DNA from: Actinomycetales bacterium
Lineage (GTDB): Bacteria > Actinomycetota > Actinomycetes > Actinomycetales > JBBRBF01
Assembly (NCBI GenBank): GCA_038206105.1
Contig: JBBRBF010000006.1
Span: 36,205-100,204, forward strand
Reading direction: 5' to 3'
DNA length: 64,000 nucleotides
The position numbers were made by a program, and so were the translations under genes. Shown here in pieces: positions 37,616 to 46,144 of the stretch; the stretch's first letter is position 1; the number at the start of each line of letters is the position of its first letter. The notes under the pieces were generated by a model. That model ran no database searches. It saw only the letters and a program-made list of their open reading frames with translations, and had not been told where the DNA came from.

Positions 37616-37810
37616 TCAGAAGCCGAGCTTCTTGCCGAGGCCGCCGGCGCCGCCGAGCAGGTCCTGGGGGTTGATGCCCAGCTTCTCGAGCAGGCCTGCG
37701 TGCTGGTCGGTGTCGACCTGCTGCGGCAGCTCGGAGTCGGCCTGCTGGGCCTTGTCGGTGTCGTCCTGGCTCTTGAGCTTGTCGAGGATCTGCTGCTTGT
37801 CGATCTGCAT
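37616..37810 (-). CDS. small hydrophilic, probably disordered protein
   Basis: 64 aa: MQIDKQQILDKLKSQDDTDKAQQADSELPQQVD...LGKKLGF. The composition is not typical of out-of-frame translation, and the gene sits at the head of the stress cluster. Confidence 0.5.
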   Translation of the reverse strand: MQIDKQQILDKLKSQDDTDKAQQADSELPQQVDTDQHAGLLEKLGINPQDLLGGAGGLGKKLGF

Positions 37811-37972
37811 CAGCGCGGTCCTTCGTCCGGTTCGGGCCGCGCGGATCGGCGGCCGTCGGGAAACTTACGCTGTAATCCGGCGGCAGCAACTCGAGAACCG
37901 TGACCCCCCGTGACGGCACCCCATCTCCCGCGCCCCGCCATGACCCTCGGTGAGGATGCCGCCCGCGGGCTC

Positions 37973-39154
37973 TCAGAGGTGACGCAGCAGGAACCGCGCG
38001 ACCTCGCGCTCCCACCTGTCGGGGTCGACGTTCCACTCCTTGCAGTGCCGTGCGCCCTCGAACGGCACGTACGTGACCAGGTCCGGCCTCGCCTCGGCGA
38101 GGGCGCGCGAAGAGCGGGCCGGTACGAACTCGTCGTCGACCGAGTGCAGCAGCAGGACCGGCAGCCGCAGCTCGGAGGCCCGGGTGACCCAGTCCATCCG
38201 GCGCAGGTCGACCGGGCCGTCCACCCCCACCCACCGGCGGGCGGCGCTGCCGCCGAGCATCGCCAGGCCGAGCCTCCCCACGGGCCGGGGCAGCCGGTTC
38301 ACACGGGCGTGGTGGTCCAGCACGTCGCGCCAGTCCACGACCGGGGCGTCGAGCACCATCGCCCGCACCCGGTCCGCGGTCCATGAGCGCGAGACGTGCT
38401 GCAGCACGACGGCCCCGCCCATGGACCAGCCGAACAGCAGCACCTCGCGCGCCCCGTGGTCCAGGGCGTGCAGAACCGTCGCCTCGACGTCCAGCCACTC
38501 GACGTCGCCGAGGTGGTAGCGGCCACCGGTCGTCGCGGGGGCGTCGGCGTCGTTGCGGTAGGAGGGCACGAGCACCGGCACGCCGAGCCGGTGCAGCAGC
38601 GGGACGGCGCGCAGGCACTCCTCCCGGGTGGCTCCGCGGCCGTGCACGAGCACCGCCCAGACGTCGCGCCGTTCCACCTCCTGCGACGGCGGCACGAACC
38701 ACGTCGGCAGGGCGCCGACGTCCGAGAGCACCTCGACGTCGTCGTGCGCCAGCCCGAGCGACACGGACGGCGGGCCGGCGTGGTACCAGCTGTTCCAGCG
38801 CGCCGGCCCCGCGACGAGGCGGCCACCGTCGCTGCCGAGCACCTGCCGCGTCACGGTGCGCGCCTCGTCGTCGCGCTCCAGCACCGCGCCGAGCCGGCAG
38901 TGCCCCGACCCCCCGGCGAGCCAGAGCCCGTAGCGCCCGGGCGCGACCGTCTCCGGGGTCGCCCGCAGGGTCACCGTGCCCGCACCGACCGACAGCACCT
39001 CGACGTCGTCGGGCTTGTGCCGCTCGGGGGTCACGACCCGCCGGGCGAAGTACGCGGCCGCGCCGGAGGTGAGAGCACCCGTCGCCAGGGCCAGGGCGCC
39101 GCCCGCGGCGGCACCCCGCAGCGCCGCGACGGCGACCGCCCGACGGCGGGTCAC
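37973..39154 (-). CDS. alpha/beta hydrolase with N-terminal TM anchor
   Basis: VLVHGRGATREE, nucleophile elbow GWSMGG, and LLLHSVDDEFVP...GARH. GTG at 39154 shares a GTGA overlap with the doxX-like stop. Confidence 0.8.
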   Translation of the reverse strand: MTRRRAVAVAALRGAAAGGALALATGALTSGAAAYFARRVVTPERHKPDDVEVLSVGAGTVTLRATPETVAPGRYGLWLAGGSGHCRLGAVLERDDEARTVTRQVLGSDGGRLVAGPARWNSWYHAGPPSVSLGLAHDDVEVLSDVGALPTWFVPPSQEVERRDVWAVLVHGRGATREECLRAVPLLHRLGVPVLVPSYRNDADAPATTGGRYHLGDVEWLDVEATVLHALDHGAREVLLFGWSMGGAVVLQHVSRSWTADRVRAMVLDAPVVDWRDVLDHHARVNRLPRPVGRLGLAMLGGSAARRWVGVDGPVDLRRMDWVTRASELRLPVLLLHSVDDEFVPARSSRALAEARPDLVTYVPFEGARHCKEWNVDPDRWEREVARFLLRHL

Positions 39155-39603
39155 GACGGCACCCTGCTGTCGGGTGAGGCGGCGCCGCGGCGCCGACCGA
39201 GCCGCCCCGCCACATCGAGGGCCCAGAGCACCAGTGGCACCTGCACCGGCAGGCGCAGCAGGCTGACCGCCTGGTAGGCCGCGCCGGCGCGCGGGGAGCG
39301 CACCGCGTCGACCGCCATCTGCACGTTCGCGGGGAAGACCGCGACGAACAGCACGGCGGTCACCAGGGCTGCGCCGCGCCGCGTCCGGGGCGCCGCGAGC
39401 CCTGCCGCGCAAGCGATCTCGGCCACTCCCGAGGCGTACACCCAGGGCAGGGGGTCGCCGAGCACGCCCGGCACGATCGACGCGAACGGCTCCGGTCGCA
39501 CCATGTGGGCACCACCCGCGGTCGCGAGCAGCACCGCGAGAGCGCGCCAGCCGGGTCGGGGCAGCCTCATCCGGTGGATCCTGTCAGCCGCGGTGTCCGG
39601 CAC
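39151..39603 (-). CDS. DoxX-family membrane protein
   Basis: Four TM helices and the motif VFPANVQMA. The start could instead be 39570. Confidence 0.65.
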   Translation of the reverse strand: MPDTAADRIHRMRLPRPGWRALAVLLATAGGAHMVRPEPFASIVPGVLGDPLPWVYASGVAEIACAAGLAAPRTRRGAALVTAVLFVAVFPANVQMAVDAVRSPRAGAAYQAVSLLRLPVQVPLVLWALDVAGRLGRRRGAASPDSRVPS

Positions 39604-40020
39604 TCAGCCGCCCTCGCCGCGGACCGCCGCCACGGACCGCTCCAGCAGGGCACGGAGCACGTCGGGATCGGCGTCGTCGAGGCGGCGCAGGTACAGGCAC
39701 GCCACGCCGGTGCGGTGACGCCCGAGCCGGTCCAGCAGGTCGGCGTGCTGCTCGACGCCGTCCATCACGTAGAGGGTCAGAGCCTGCTTGCGCGGCGAGA
39801 AGCCGACCCAGAACCAGTCCAGCTCGCGACCCGAGGCGTACCTCAGGTGCCGGTTGCCGAATCCGACGATGCTCGCGGCCCACATCCGCGCCGGCCGCCT
39901 CGTCGCCTCCGTCAGCAGGTCGCAGACCCGGTGGGCCTCCTCGCGGCGCCGCTCGTCGGGCACGGCGTCCAGGAAGGCCCCCACGTCACCGTCGGTCTCG
40001 GCGGTCTTCAGCGTCGCCAC
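39604..40020 (-). CDS. DUF1801 (YdhG-like) domain protein
   Basis: TDGDVGAFLDAVPDERRREEAHRVCDLL...MWAASIVGFG...FSPRKQALTLY. Confidence 0.7.
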   Translation of the reverse strand: MATLKTAETDGDVGAFLDAVPDERRREEAHRVCDLLTEATRRPARMWAASIVGFGNRHLRYASGRELDWFWVGFSPRKQALTLYVMDGVEQHADLLDRLGRHRTGVACLYLRRLDDADPDVLRALLERSVAAVRGEGG

Positions 40021-40066
40021 GCCGTCAGGCTACGCGCGCGCCGGGACGTCGCGGGAGAATGACCAG

Positions 40067-41113
40067 GTGGACCTGCCGCTGCTGCCCCCCGTCGCGCCGA
40101 TGCTCGCCAAGGCGGTGCCCGACGTCCCCACCGGCACGGGGTTCGTGGTCGAGCCGAAGTGGGACGGCTTCCGCGGCATCGTGTTCCGCGACGGCGACGA
40201 CGTCGAGATCGGCTCGCGGGGGTCGAAGCCGCTGACGCGGTACTTCCCCGAGCTCGTGGCCGCGCTGCGCGAGAACCTGCCGCCGCGCTGCGTCGTCGAC
40301 GGCGAGGTCGTCGTGCGCACCGGCCGCCAGGGCGCCGAGCGGCTCGACTGGGACACCCTGGCCCAGCGGATCCACCCGGCCGACTCGCGGGTGCGGATGC
40401 TGGCGGAGACGACCCCGGCGTCCTTCGTCGCGTTCGACCTGCTGGCCCTGGGTGACGACGCGCTGCTCGACGTCCCGTTCGGCCGGCGCCGCGAGCTGCT
40501 CACCGAGGCGCTCGCGGGGGTGGCGCCGCCGGTCCACCTGACGCGGACCACGACCGACCCCGACGAGGCGAGGGACTGGTTCTCGCGGTTCGAGGGGGCC
40601 GGCCTCGACGGGGTGGTCGCCAAGCCCGAGACCGCCCCGTACACCCCCGGCAAGCGCGTCATGCTCAAGGTGAAGCACGCGCGGACCGCGGACGTCGTCC
40701 TGCTCGGCTACCGGGTGCACAAGAGCGGCACCGGCGTCGGCTCGCTGCTGCTGGGGCTGCACGGCGAGGACGGCGGGCTGCGCCAGGTCGGCGGCTCGTC
40801 GGCCTTCACCGACGTGCGGCGTCGCGAGCTGGTCACCGAGCTCGACCCCTGCGTGGAGCGGGACGCCTCGGGCGAGGTGGTGCGCGGCGAGGGCGAGCCG
40901 AACCGGTTCACCGCGCGCAGGGACTCCTCGTTCGTGCGGCTGCGGCCCGAGCTCGTCGTCGAGGTCGCCTACGACCAGCTGGAGAACGGCCGGCTGCGGC
41001 ACACGGCCCGCTTCCTGCGGTGGCGCCCGGACCGCGACCCCGCCTCCTGCGGCTACGACCAGCTGGAGCAGCCCGTCGCCTACGACCTGCAGCAGGTGCT
41101 CACCGGGGGATGA
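40067..41113 (+). CDS. ligC: ATP-dependent DNA ligase (LigC-type, adenylation plus OB domains only)
   Basis: Motif I VVEPKWDGFRGIV, then FVAFDLL, LDGVVAK, MLKVKH and the C-terminal LRHTARFLRWRPDRDP. Confidence 0.9.
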   Translation: MDLPLLPPVAPMLAKAVPDVPTGTGFVVEPKWDGFRGIVFRDGDDVEIGSRGSKPLTRYFPELVAALRENLPPRCVVDGEVVVRTGRQGAERLDWDTLAQRIHPADSRVRMLAETTPASFVAFDLLALGDDALLDVPFGRRRELLTEALAGVAPPVHLTRTTTDPDEARDWFSRFEGAGLDGVVAKPETAPYTPGKRVMLKVKHARTADVVLLGYRVHKSGTGVGSLLLGLHGEDGGLRQVGGSSAFTDVRRRELVTELDPCVERDASGEVVRGEGEPNRFTARRDSSFVRLRPELVVEVAYDQLENGRLRHTARFLRWRPDRDPASCGYDQLEQPVAYDLQQVLTGG

Positions 41114-41152
41114 GGTGCTCGCCGGGGGAATGCGTGCTCACCGGGAAGGCGA
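41096..41152. repeat. three tandem 19-bp repeats spanning the ligC stop codon
   Basis: gtgctcaccgggggatgag / gtgctcgccgggggaatgc / gtgctcaccgggaaggcga, starting at 41096, 41115 and 41134. Confidence 0.85.
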
Positions 41153-41178
41153 GGCCGCGTGCGGGGTAGCCTGCGCCC

Positions 41179-41700
41179 GTGCCCGACGCGCCAGCCGACC
41201 CGACCGCCGCCCCGGCCCCCGACACGATCGTCGTGCTCACCGAGGAGGCCCTTGCCGCCGCCGACGCGACCCACATCGCGGGCCTGCACGCCGGTGAGGA
41301 CCTGACGTACCGGGTCCTCGTGCCCGCCGACACCCAGCGCAACCTGCTCGCGGACGTCGTGGACCACCTGAGCCTCGGCGAGTGGCGCGAGGCGCTGCAC
41401 GCGATCCGCCACCCCGACCCGGACGGCCCGGCGGCGCGCACCGAGGCGGGCGATGCGCTCGCTGCGTCGGTGGCCGCCCTCGACGCGGTCGGCGTCGAGG
41501 CGACCGGCGAAGTCACCGAGGACGACCCCCTGCCCGCGCTGGCCGAGGCGGTGCGCCGCTTCTCCGCCCGTGAGGTCGTCGTCGTGACGCGCCCGCACGC
41601 GGTCGAGGACACGTTCCACCGCGACTGGGCGTCCCGCGCGCGGGACTCCGTCGGGGTCCCGGTGCTGCACGTCTACGCCGGGACGACCTTCCTGGGGTGA
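41179..41700 (+). CDS. conserved hypothetical protein
   Basis: 173-aa ORF with ordinary composition (TIVVLTEEAL...YRVLVPAD...REVVVVTRPHAVEDTFHRDW). I recognise no family. Confidence 0.5.
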   Translation: MPDAPADPTAAPAPDTIVVLTEEALAAADATHIAGLHAGEDLTYRVLVPADTQRNLLADVVDHLSLGEWREALHAIRHPDPDGPAARTEAGDALAASVAALDAVGVEATGEVTEDDPLPALAEAVRRFSAREVVVVTRPHAVEDTFHRDWASRARDSVGVPVLHVYAGTTFLG

Positions 41701-41753
41701 TCCCCTCGCCGACCGGTCGCCCGACCCACCTCCCGGTCCGGCAGCAGGGGCCG

Positions 41754-42671
41754 TCAGCCGTCGTCGCCGGTGTCCAGGCGCCCCCGCAGGCCCCCGGTCT
41801 CGGCCTGCAGCGTGTCGAGGCGCGCGGGAAGCTCGTCGCGCTCGCGGGCGTCGTCCGCGTCACCCTGGCCCACGATCCAGCCCGCCATGGTCGCCGTGAC
41901 GACCCCGACCAGCGCGATGCCGATCACCATCAACGCGCCTGCGACGACCCTGCCGATCCCGGTGACCGGGTACACGTCGCCGTAGCCGACGGTGGTGACC
42001 GTCGCGCCGGCCCACCACAGGGCGTCCGCGAACCCGGTGATCGTGGCACCCGGCACGCCGCGCTCGGCGTCGAGCACGGCGAGCGCGCCCATCAGCAGCA
42101 GCAGGCCGACGGCGCAGACCACGGCCTGCGTCGTCTGCAGCAGGCCGGCGCTGCCGGCGCCGCGGAAGAGGTTCTGGCCGACCGTGAAGACCCGCAGCAG
42201 CTTCAGCGGCCGCAGCACCGGTAGCAGCACGGCGGCCACGTCGACCGGGTGCGCGGCCAGGTACCGCACCGGCCGGCCGGACAGCACGACCCGGACCACC
42301 AGGTCGAGGCCGAAGACGACCCACACGGATACGTTGACGACGGCGAGCCCGCGGTCCGCCCACGCGGGCAGGCCGACGGCGAGCACCTGCACGGTGTACA
42401 CGACGAGGAAGCCGACGCCGGCGGCGACCATCGGCAGCGCCGACCGCTGCTCGTACTCGCGCAGCCGGGTCGGCTCGGCCCCGCGGCGCGGGCTCACGGT
42501 GACCACCGCGACGGCCCCGTCCCGACGGCGTCGCGGTGCGCTCGGAACCGGGGCGTCCGGTGCGTGCGATGCATGCGGTGCACCGTGATCGCCGGGTGCG
42601 TCACGGTCCGGCCGCCGCCGGACGACCCGCTGCGGCCCGCGCGCAGGCACGCGTCGTGTGAGTCGCGACAC
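41754..42671 (-). CDS. potassium channel family protein (6-TM-like, TVGYGD filter)
   Basis: Selectivity filter ATVTTVGYGDVYPVT, with upstream TM helices and an S4-like segment RPLKLLRVF. The start codon is uncertain. Confidence 0.8.
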   Translation of the reverse strand: MSRLTRRVPARGPQRVVRRRPDRDAPGDHGAPHASHAPDAPVPSAPRRRRDGAVAVVTVSPRRGAEPTRLREYEQRSALPMVAAGVGFLVVYTVQVLAVGLPAWADRGLAVVNVSVWVVFGLDLVVRVVLSGRPVRYLAAHPVDVAAVLLPVLRPLKLLRVFTVGQNLFRGAGSAGLLQTTQAVVCAVGLLLLMGALAVLDAERGVPGATITGFADALWWAGATVTTVGYGDVYPVTGIGRVVAGALMVIGIALVGVVTATMAGWIVGQGDADDARERDELPARLDTLQAETGGLRGRLDTGDDG

Positions 42672-42805
42672 AGCGCGCCCCGCGCTGACGCACGACGTCG
42701 GGGTCGGGCGGGAGAATGGTCGCAGTCCGGGCTCCAGCCGAGCCCGGTCCGTGCCGATCCCCCACGCGTCACCCCGTCACCAGCTGTAGAAGAGGTTGCT
42801 CCGCC

Positions 42806-43006
42806 ATGTCCCGTCGGCTCGTCGCCGTCGTCCTGCTCGCCTCGGTCGCCGTCACCGGCTGCACCCGGATCGTCGACAAGGACACCGCCGCCTGCGCGGA
42901 CTACCGCCACGTGAAGCAGGCCAGCGACACCGCGCAGGTGTCGGGGCTGGAACCCCCCGCCGCGGATCGGCTCTCCCGCGCCGCCGAGGCCTGCACGGAG
43001 TCCTGA
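42806..43006 (+). CDS. small lipoprotein
   Basis: MSRRLVAVVLLASVAVTGC is a signal peptide with a lipobox. The ORF is 66 aa. Confidence 0.45.
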   Translation: MSRRLVAVVLLASVAVTGCTRIVDKDTAACADYRHVKQASDTAQVSGLEPPAADRLSRAAEACTES

Positions 43007-43017
43007 CCCCTCCCCTG

Positions 43018-43647
43018 CTAGCGGGGGTCGGTGACGTCGGCGACGACGACGTTGACGGCCTGGGTCGTCAGGCCCGTGTGCTCGGCGACGCGCCGGGCGA
43101 TCTGGGTCCGGACGCGGTCCGCGACCGACTCGAGCCGGCTCCCGAGTGCGACGGCGACCTGGACGTCGACCACGACGTGGGTGCCGGCGACGCCGACCTC
43201 CGTGGCGGGGCGACCGGGACGGCCGGCCACCTGCTCGGCGGTCATCCCCGCGCCGGTGCGGCCGCGGCCCAGTGCCAGCATCACGGCGGGAACCTCCTCC
43301 GCGGCGAGACGTGCCACCGCGGCCACCACCCGTGCCGCGATCCGCGTCTCGCCGCGTTCACCGGGCACTACGGCGTACCAGGACTGCCGCGGCAGCTCGC
43401 GTACCCGCGCCATCACCGAGGTGAGCACGTCGGCCGGTGCCCGGACCGGCTCCCGCGCCAGGTCGTGGACCGGGGCCCACAGCGTCTGGAGCTCGGCGAG
43501 GGCCGCCGCGCAGTGCACGCACCCCGCCAGGTGCGGGTGGGCGGCCGGTGACTCCGGTGCGCGGCGGTCCGCCACCTGCGCGACGAGGTCGTCGTAGGCG
43601 GCACCGCAGACCAGGCGGTCGCCGTCCCCCTCGGGCACGCCGTTCAC
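43018..43647 (-). CDS. zinc-binding anti-sigma (ZAS, HxxxCxxC) domain fused to an Asp23/Gls24 domain
   Basis: GTG at 43647 shares a GTGA overlap with the sigma gene stop. The N-terminus is LVC-x24-HLAGCVHC. The C-terminal ~120 aa (RIAARVVAAVARLAAEEVPAV...VVVDVQVAV...SVADRVRTQIARRVAEHTGL...VNVVVADV) follow the Asp23 pattern. Confidence 0.7.
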   Translation of the reverse strand: MNGVPEGDGDRLVCGAAYDDLVAQVADRRAPESPAAHPHLAGCVHCAAALAELQTLWAPVHDLAREPVRAPADVLTSVMARVRELPRQSWYAVVPGERGETRIAARVVAAVARLAAEEVPAVMLALGRGRTGAGMTAEQVAGRPGRPATEVGVAGTHVVVDVQVAVALGSRLESVADRVRTQIARRVAEHTGLTTQAVNVVVADVTDPR

Positions 43648-44219
43648 CCCCACTCCCGCAGCCGCTCGGTCAGGGCGCGGCGGGCCCGGTGCACCCGGAC
43701 CTTCGCCGCGCCCTCGCTGGTCCCCAGGATGCGCGCTGTCTCCGCGTGCGTACACCCGTCGAACGTATGGAGCACGAGCGCCGCCCGCTGGTCGAAGGGC
43801 AACGTGGCGATCGCGCGGGCGACGGCGTCACGGTGCTGCTGCCCGACGACGACGGCCTCCGCGCCGGGCGCGGCCGGCAGGGTTGCGTCCTCCGGCAGCG
43901 GCTGGGTCGCGCGCCACGAGCGTCGCTGGTTGTGGCAGCGGTTGATCACGATCCGCACCAGCCAGGTGCCGAACCCGGCCTCGCCACGGAACCCGGGCAA
44001 CGCCGTCCAGGCCTGCACCAAGGACTCCTGGAGTACGTCCTGTGCGTCCTGCGGACCGTCGGTCAGGCGCAGCGCGACCCCGTAGGCGCGCTCCTGGTGC
44101 GCCCGCACGAGCACCTCGAACGCGCCCTCGTCGCCTGCGCGCGCAGCCGCCAGGAGCACCGCCTGCCAACCCGACTCGTGACCGTTCGACGACTCTGCGT
44201 GACTGGGGGTCGGGCTCAC
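43644..44219 (-). CDS. ECF (group IV) RNA polymerase sigma factor
   Basis: Region 2 is FEVLVRAHQERAYGVALRL...AQDVLQESLVQAW. Region 4 is LPFDQRAALVLHTFDGCTHAETARILGTSEGAAKVRVHRARRAL. Confidence 0.85.
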   Translation of the reverse strand: MSPTPSHAESSNGHESGWQAVLLAAARAGDEGAFEVLVRAHQERAYGVALRLTDGPQDAQDVLQESLVQAWTALPGFRGEAGFGTWLVRIVINRCHNQRRSWRATQPLPEDATLPAAPGAEAVVVGQQHRDAVARAIATLPFDQRAALVLHTFDGCTHAETARILGTSEGAAKVRVHRARRALTERLREWG

Positions 44220-44369
44220 CGCGCCGTCCCACGACGCTCTGCCATCACTCGGTAACCTTTCGGGAAGCGATGTGTCCAAGGGGGTGGGAGGCTCACAGAG
44301 CCGGGAGTCGCACAGATCGACGACGCCCCTCCCCGAAGATCCCCCACAGTAGAAGGAGTCGACGCACCG

Positions 44370-44855
44370 ATGAGCAACCCCAGCAGCCAGACCTCCGAGC
44401 AGTCCTCGAGCAGCTCGCGCTCCTCCGGCCAGGTCGCCAAGGCCTCCCCCTCCGCGCTGCAGACCCCGCAGGGTCGCACCTCCATCGCGGACGGCGTCGT
44501 GCAGAAGATCGCCGGCATCGCCGCGCGCGAGGTCTCCGGCATCTACGCCCTCGGCGGCGGAGCGGCCCGCACCATGAGTGCGCTGCGCGAGCGGATCCCC
44601 GGCTCCTCGCAGTCCACGAGCGCGGGCGTCTCCGTCGAGGTCGGCGAGACCCAGGCCGCGGTCGACCTCGACCTCGTCACCGAGTACGGCGTCTCCATCG
44701 CCGAGGTGGCCAAGGCCGTGCGCCGCAACGTGATCTCCACCGTGGAGGGCATGACCGGCCTCGAGGTCACCGAGGTGAACGTCGCCGTGAACGACATCCA
44801 CCTGCCGCAGGACGACAGCGAGCAGAAGGAGCCGGAGCCGGCTCGGGTCCAGTGA
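44370..44855 (+). CDS. asp23: Asp23/Gls24-family envelope stress protein
   Basis: GRTSIADGVVQKIAGIAAREVSGIY...GVSVEVGETQAAVDLDLVTEYGVSIAEVAKAVRRNVISTVEGMTGLEVTEVNVAVNDI. Confidence 0.85.
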   Translation: MSNPSSQTSEQSSSSSRSSGQVAKASPSALQTPQGRTSIADGVVQKIAGIAAREVSGIYALGGGAARTMSALRERIPGSSQSTSAGVSVEVGETQAAVDLDLVTEYGVSIAEVAKAVRRNVISTVEGMTGLEVTEVNVAVNDIHLPQDDSEQKEPEPARVQ

Positions 44856-45268
44856 GCGAGCACACCACAGCGGTCTCCCGGGCCGCGGCGACGGCGGACG
44901 CCGTCGCCGCGGCCGCACGGGCCTGCCCCGGCGTCGTCGACCTCAGCGTCGGCGGCTTCCGGTCGGTCACGACCCTCCTGCCCGGACGCCGGGTGGACGG
45001 CGTGCGCGTCGACGACGACCGGCTCGAGGTCGGTGTCGTGGTCGCTGCCGGGAGGCCGGTCCGTGAGGTCGCGGAGCGGGTCCGCGCGGCCGTCGCGTCC
45101 GTCGCCGGCGGTCTGCCGGTCGACGTCCACGTCGCCGACGTCGCGGTGCCCGGTGAGGACGACGAGTCGGGCGAGGACGAGGAGCCGGACGCGAGCGGCC
45201 GGCCGGGCGGAACCGTCGAGGATGCCGACCCGCAGACCCAGGCCGAAGCCGGTCTGGGCCACGCCTGA
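44852..45268 (+). CDS. Asp23-like protein (divergent)
   Basis: GTGA overlap with the upstream gene. Sequence: AVAAAARACPGVVDL...RVDDDRLEVGVVVAAGRPVREVAERVRAAV...VDVHVADV. Confidence 0.6.
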   Translation: MSEHTTAVSRAAATADAVAAAARACPGVVDLSVGGFRSVTTLLPGRRVDGVRVDDDRLEVGVVVAAGRPVREVAERVRAAVASVAGGLPVDVHVADVAVPGEDDESGEDEEPDASGRPGGTVEDADPQTQAEAGLGHA

Positions 45269-45272
45269 GCCC

Positions 45273-45509
45273 GTGCCCGCCTCGCGCGAGACGATCGAAC
45301 GGCGCCGGTCGCGCCGGGCGGTCCTTCGCGCCCACCACCCCGACCTCGGCGGCGACGCCGCCGAGCTGGCGCGGCGGCTGCGCCTGCTCGACGCCCCCGG
45401 GACCGGTGACGAGGACGTCGTCTTCGTCCGCCGGCCCCGCGGGCTGCGGCGTCTCACCGCCTGGTGGCGCGCCCGCCGCGACCGCCGCCGCCACGCGCGC
45501 GTGCAGTAG
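45273..45509 (+). CDS. small basic ORF with a J-domain-like HPD segment
   Basis: This is the only open frame in a 270-nt gap inside a tightly packed operon. It contains RRAVLRAHHPDLGGDAAELARRL. The arginine-rich composition lowers confidence. Confidence 0.35.
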   Translation: MPASRETIERRRSRRAVLRAHHPDLGGDAAELARRLRLLDAPGTGDEDVVFVRRPRGLRRLTAWWRARRDRRRHARVQ

Positions 45510-45542
45510 CCGCGCTCACCCCTTTACTCCTGGAGGTTTTCC

Positions 45543-45731
45543 ATGTCCCCCACCGTCGCCGGCCTCTTCGCCGGTCTCGTGCTCGGCTTCGCCTGGGCAC
45601 TGACCGGTTTCGACGGCTTCGTCCTGACCGCGTTCCTCGGCGTCATCGGCTTCGTCGTCGGCAAGGTCGTCAGCGGCCAGCTCGACCTGACGCAGTACCT
45701 CGGCGGCGGCTCCAGCCGCTCGAACCGGTGA
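45543..45731 (+). CDS. DUF2273-like small membrane protein
   Basis: 62 aa with two TM helices: MSPTVAGLFAGLVLGFAWALTGFDGFVLTAFLGVIGFVVGKVV. The RBS is GGAGG. Confidence 0.7.
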   Translation: MSPTVAGLFAGLVLGFAWALTGFDGFVLTAFLGVIGFVVGKVVSGQLDLTQYLGGGSSRSNR

Positions 45732-46144
45732 GCCAGGCCACCACCGCGGTCGCGGAGACGGCCCCTCGCCACGCGGCGGGCGACGACCCCGGGGACCGGG
45801 GCCAGCTCGACATCGCGGACCGGGTCGTCGAGCGCGTCGCCGGCTACGCGGTGACGCTGGTCGACGGCGCCAGTGCCGCGCCGCGGCGCGTGCTCGGCGT
45901 CTCGGTGGGGTCCTCCCGGCCCGAGGCCGACGCCGACGTCGACGCCCGCGTACAGGGACTCGACGCGACCGTCCAGGCGACCATCGCGATCCGCTGGCCG
46001 GCGAACGTGCGGACGACGGCGCAGGCCGTGCGCGACAGCGTCCGCCGAGAGGTCGACCAGATGACGGGCCTGACGGTCGAGCACATCGACGTCACCGTCG
46101 TCAGCATGACCGTGCCGCGCGTCGCCGGCTCGAGGGTGAGGTGA
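45728..46144 (+). CDS. Asp23/Gls24-family protein
   Basis: GTGA overlap with the upstream gene. Sequence: LDIADRVVERVAGYAV...VQATIAIRWPANVRTTAQAVRDSVRREVDQMTGLTVEHIDVTVVSM. Confidence 0.75.
   Translation: MSQATTAVAETAPRHAAGDDPGDRGQLDIADRVVERVAGYAVTLVDGASAAPRRVLGVSVGSSRPEADADVDARVQGLDATVQATIAIRWPANVRTTAQAVRDSVRREVDQMTGLTVEHIDVTVVSMTVPRVAGSRVR

Noticed and set aside
42672-42805. A c-di-AMP (ydaO-type) riboswitch or other structured leader upstream of the K+ channel gene.
   Set aside because: Only one simple 8-bp hairpin (CCGGGCTC-cagcc-GAGCCCGG) is present. The region is too short and lacks the pseudo-twofold architecture of that riboswitch.
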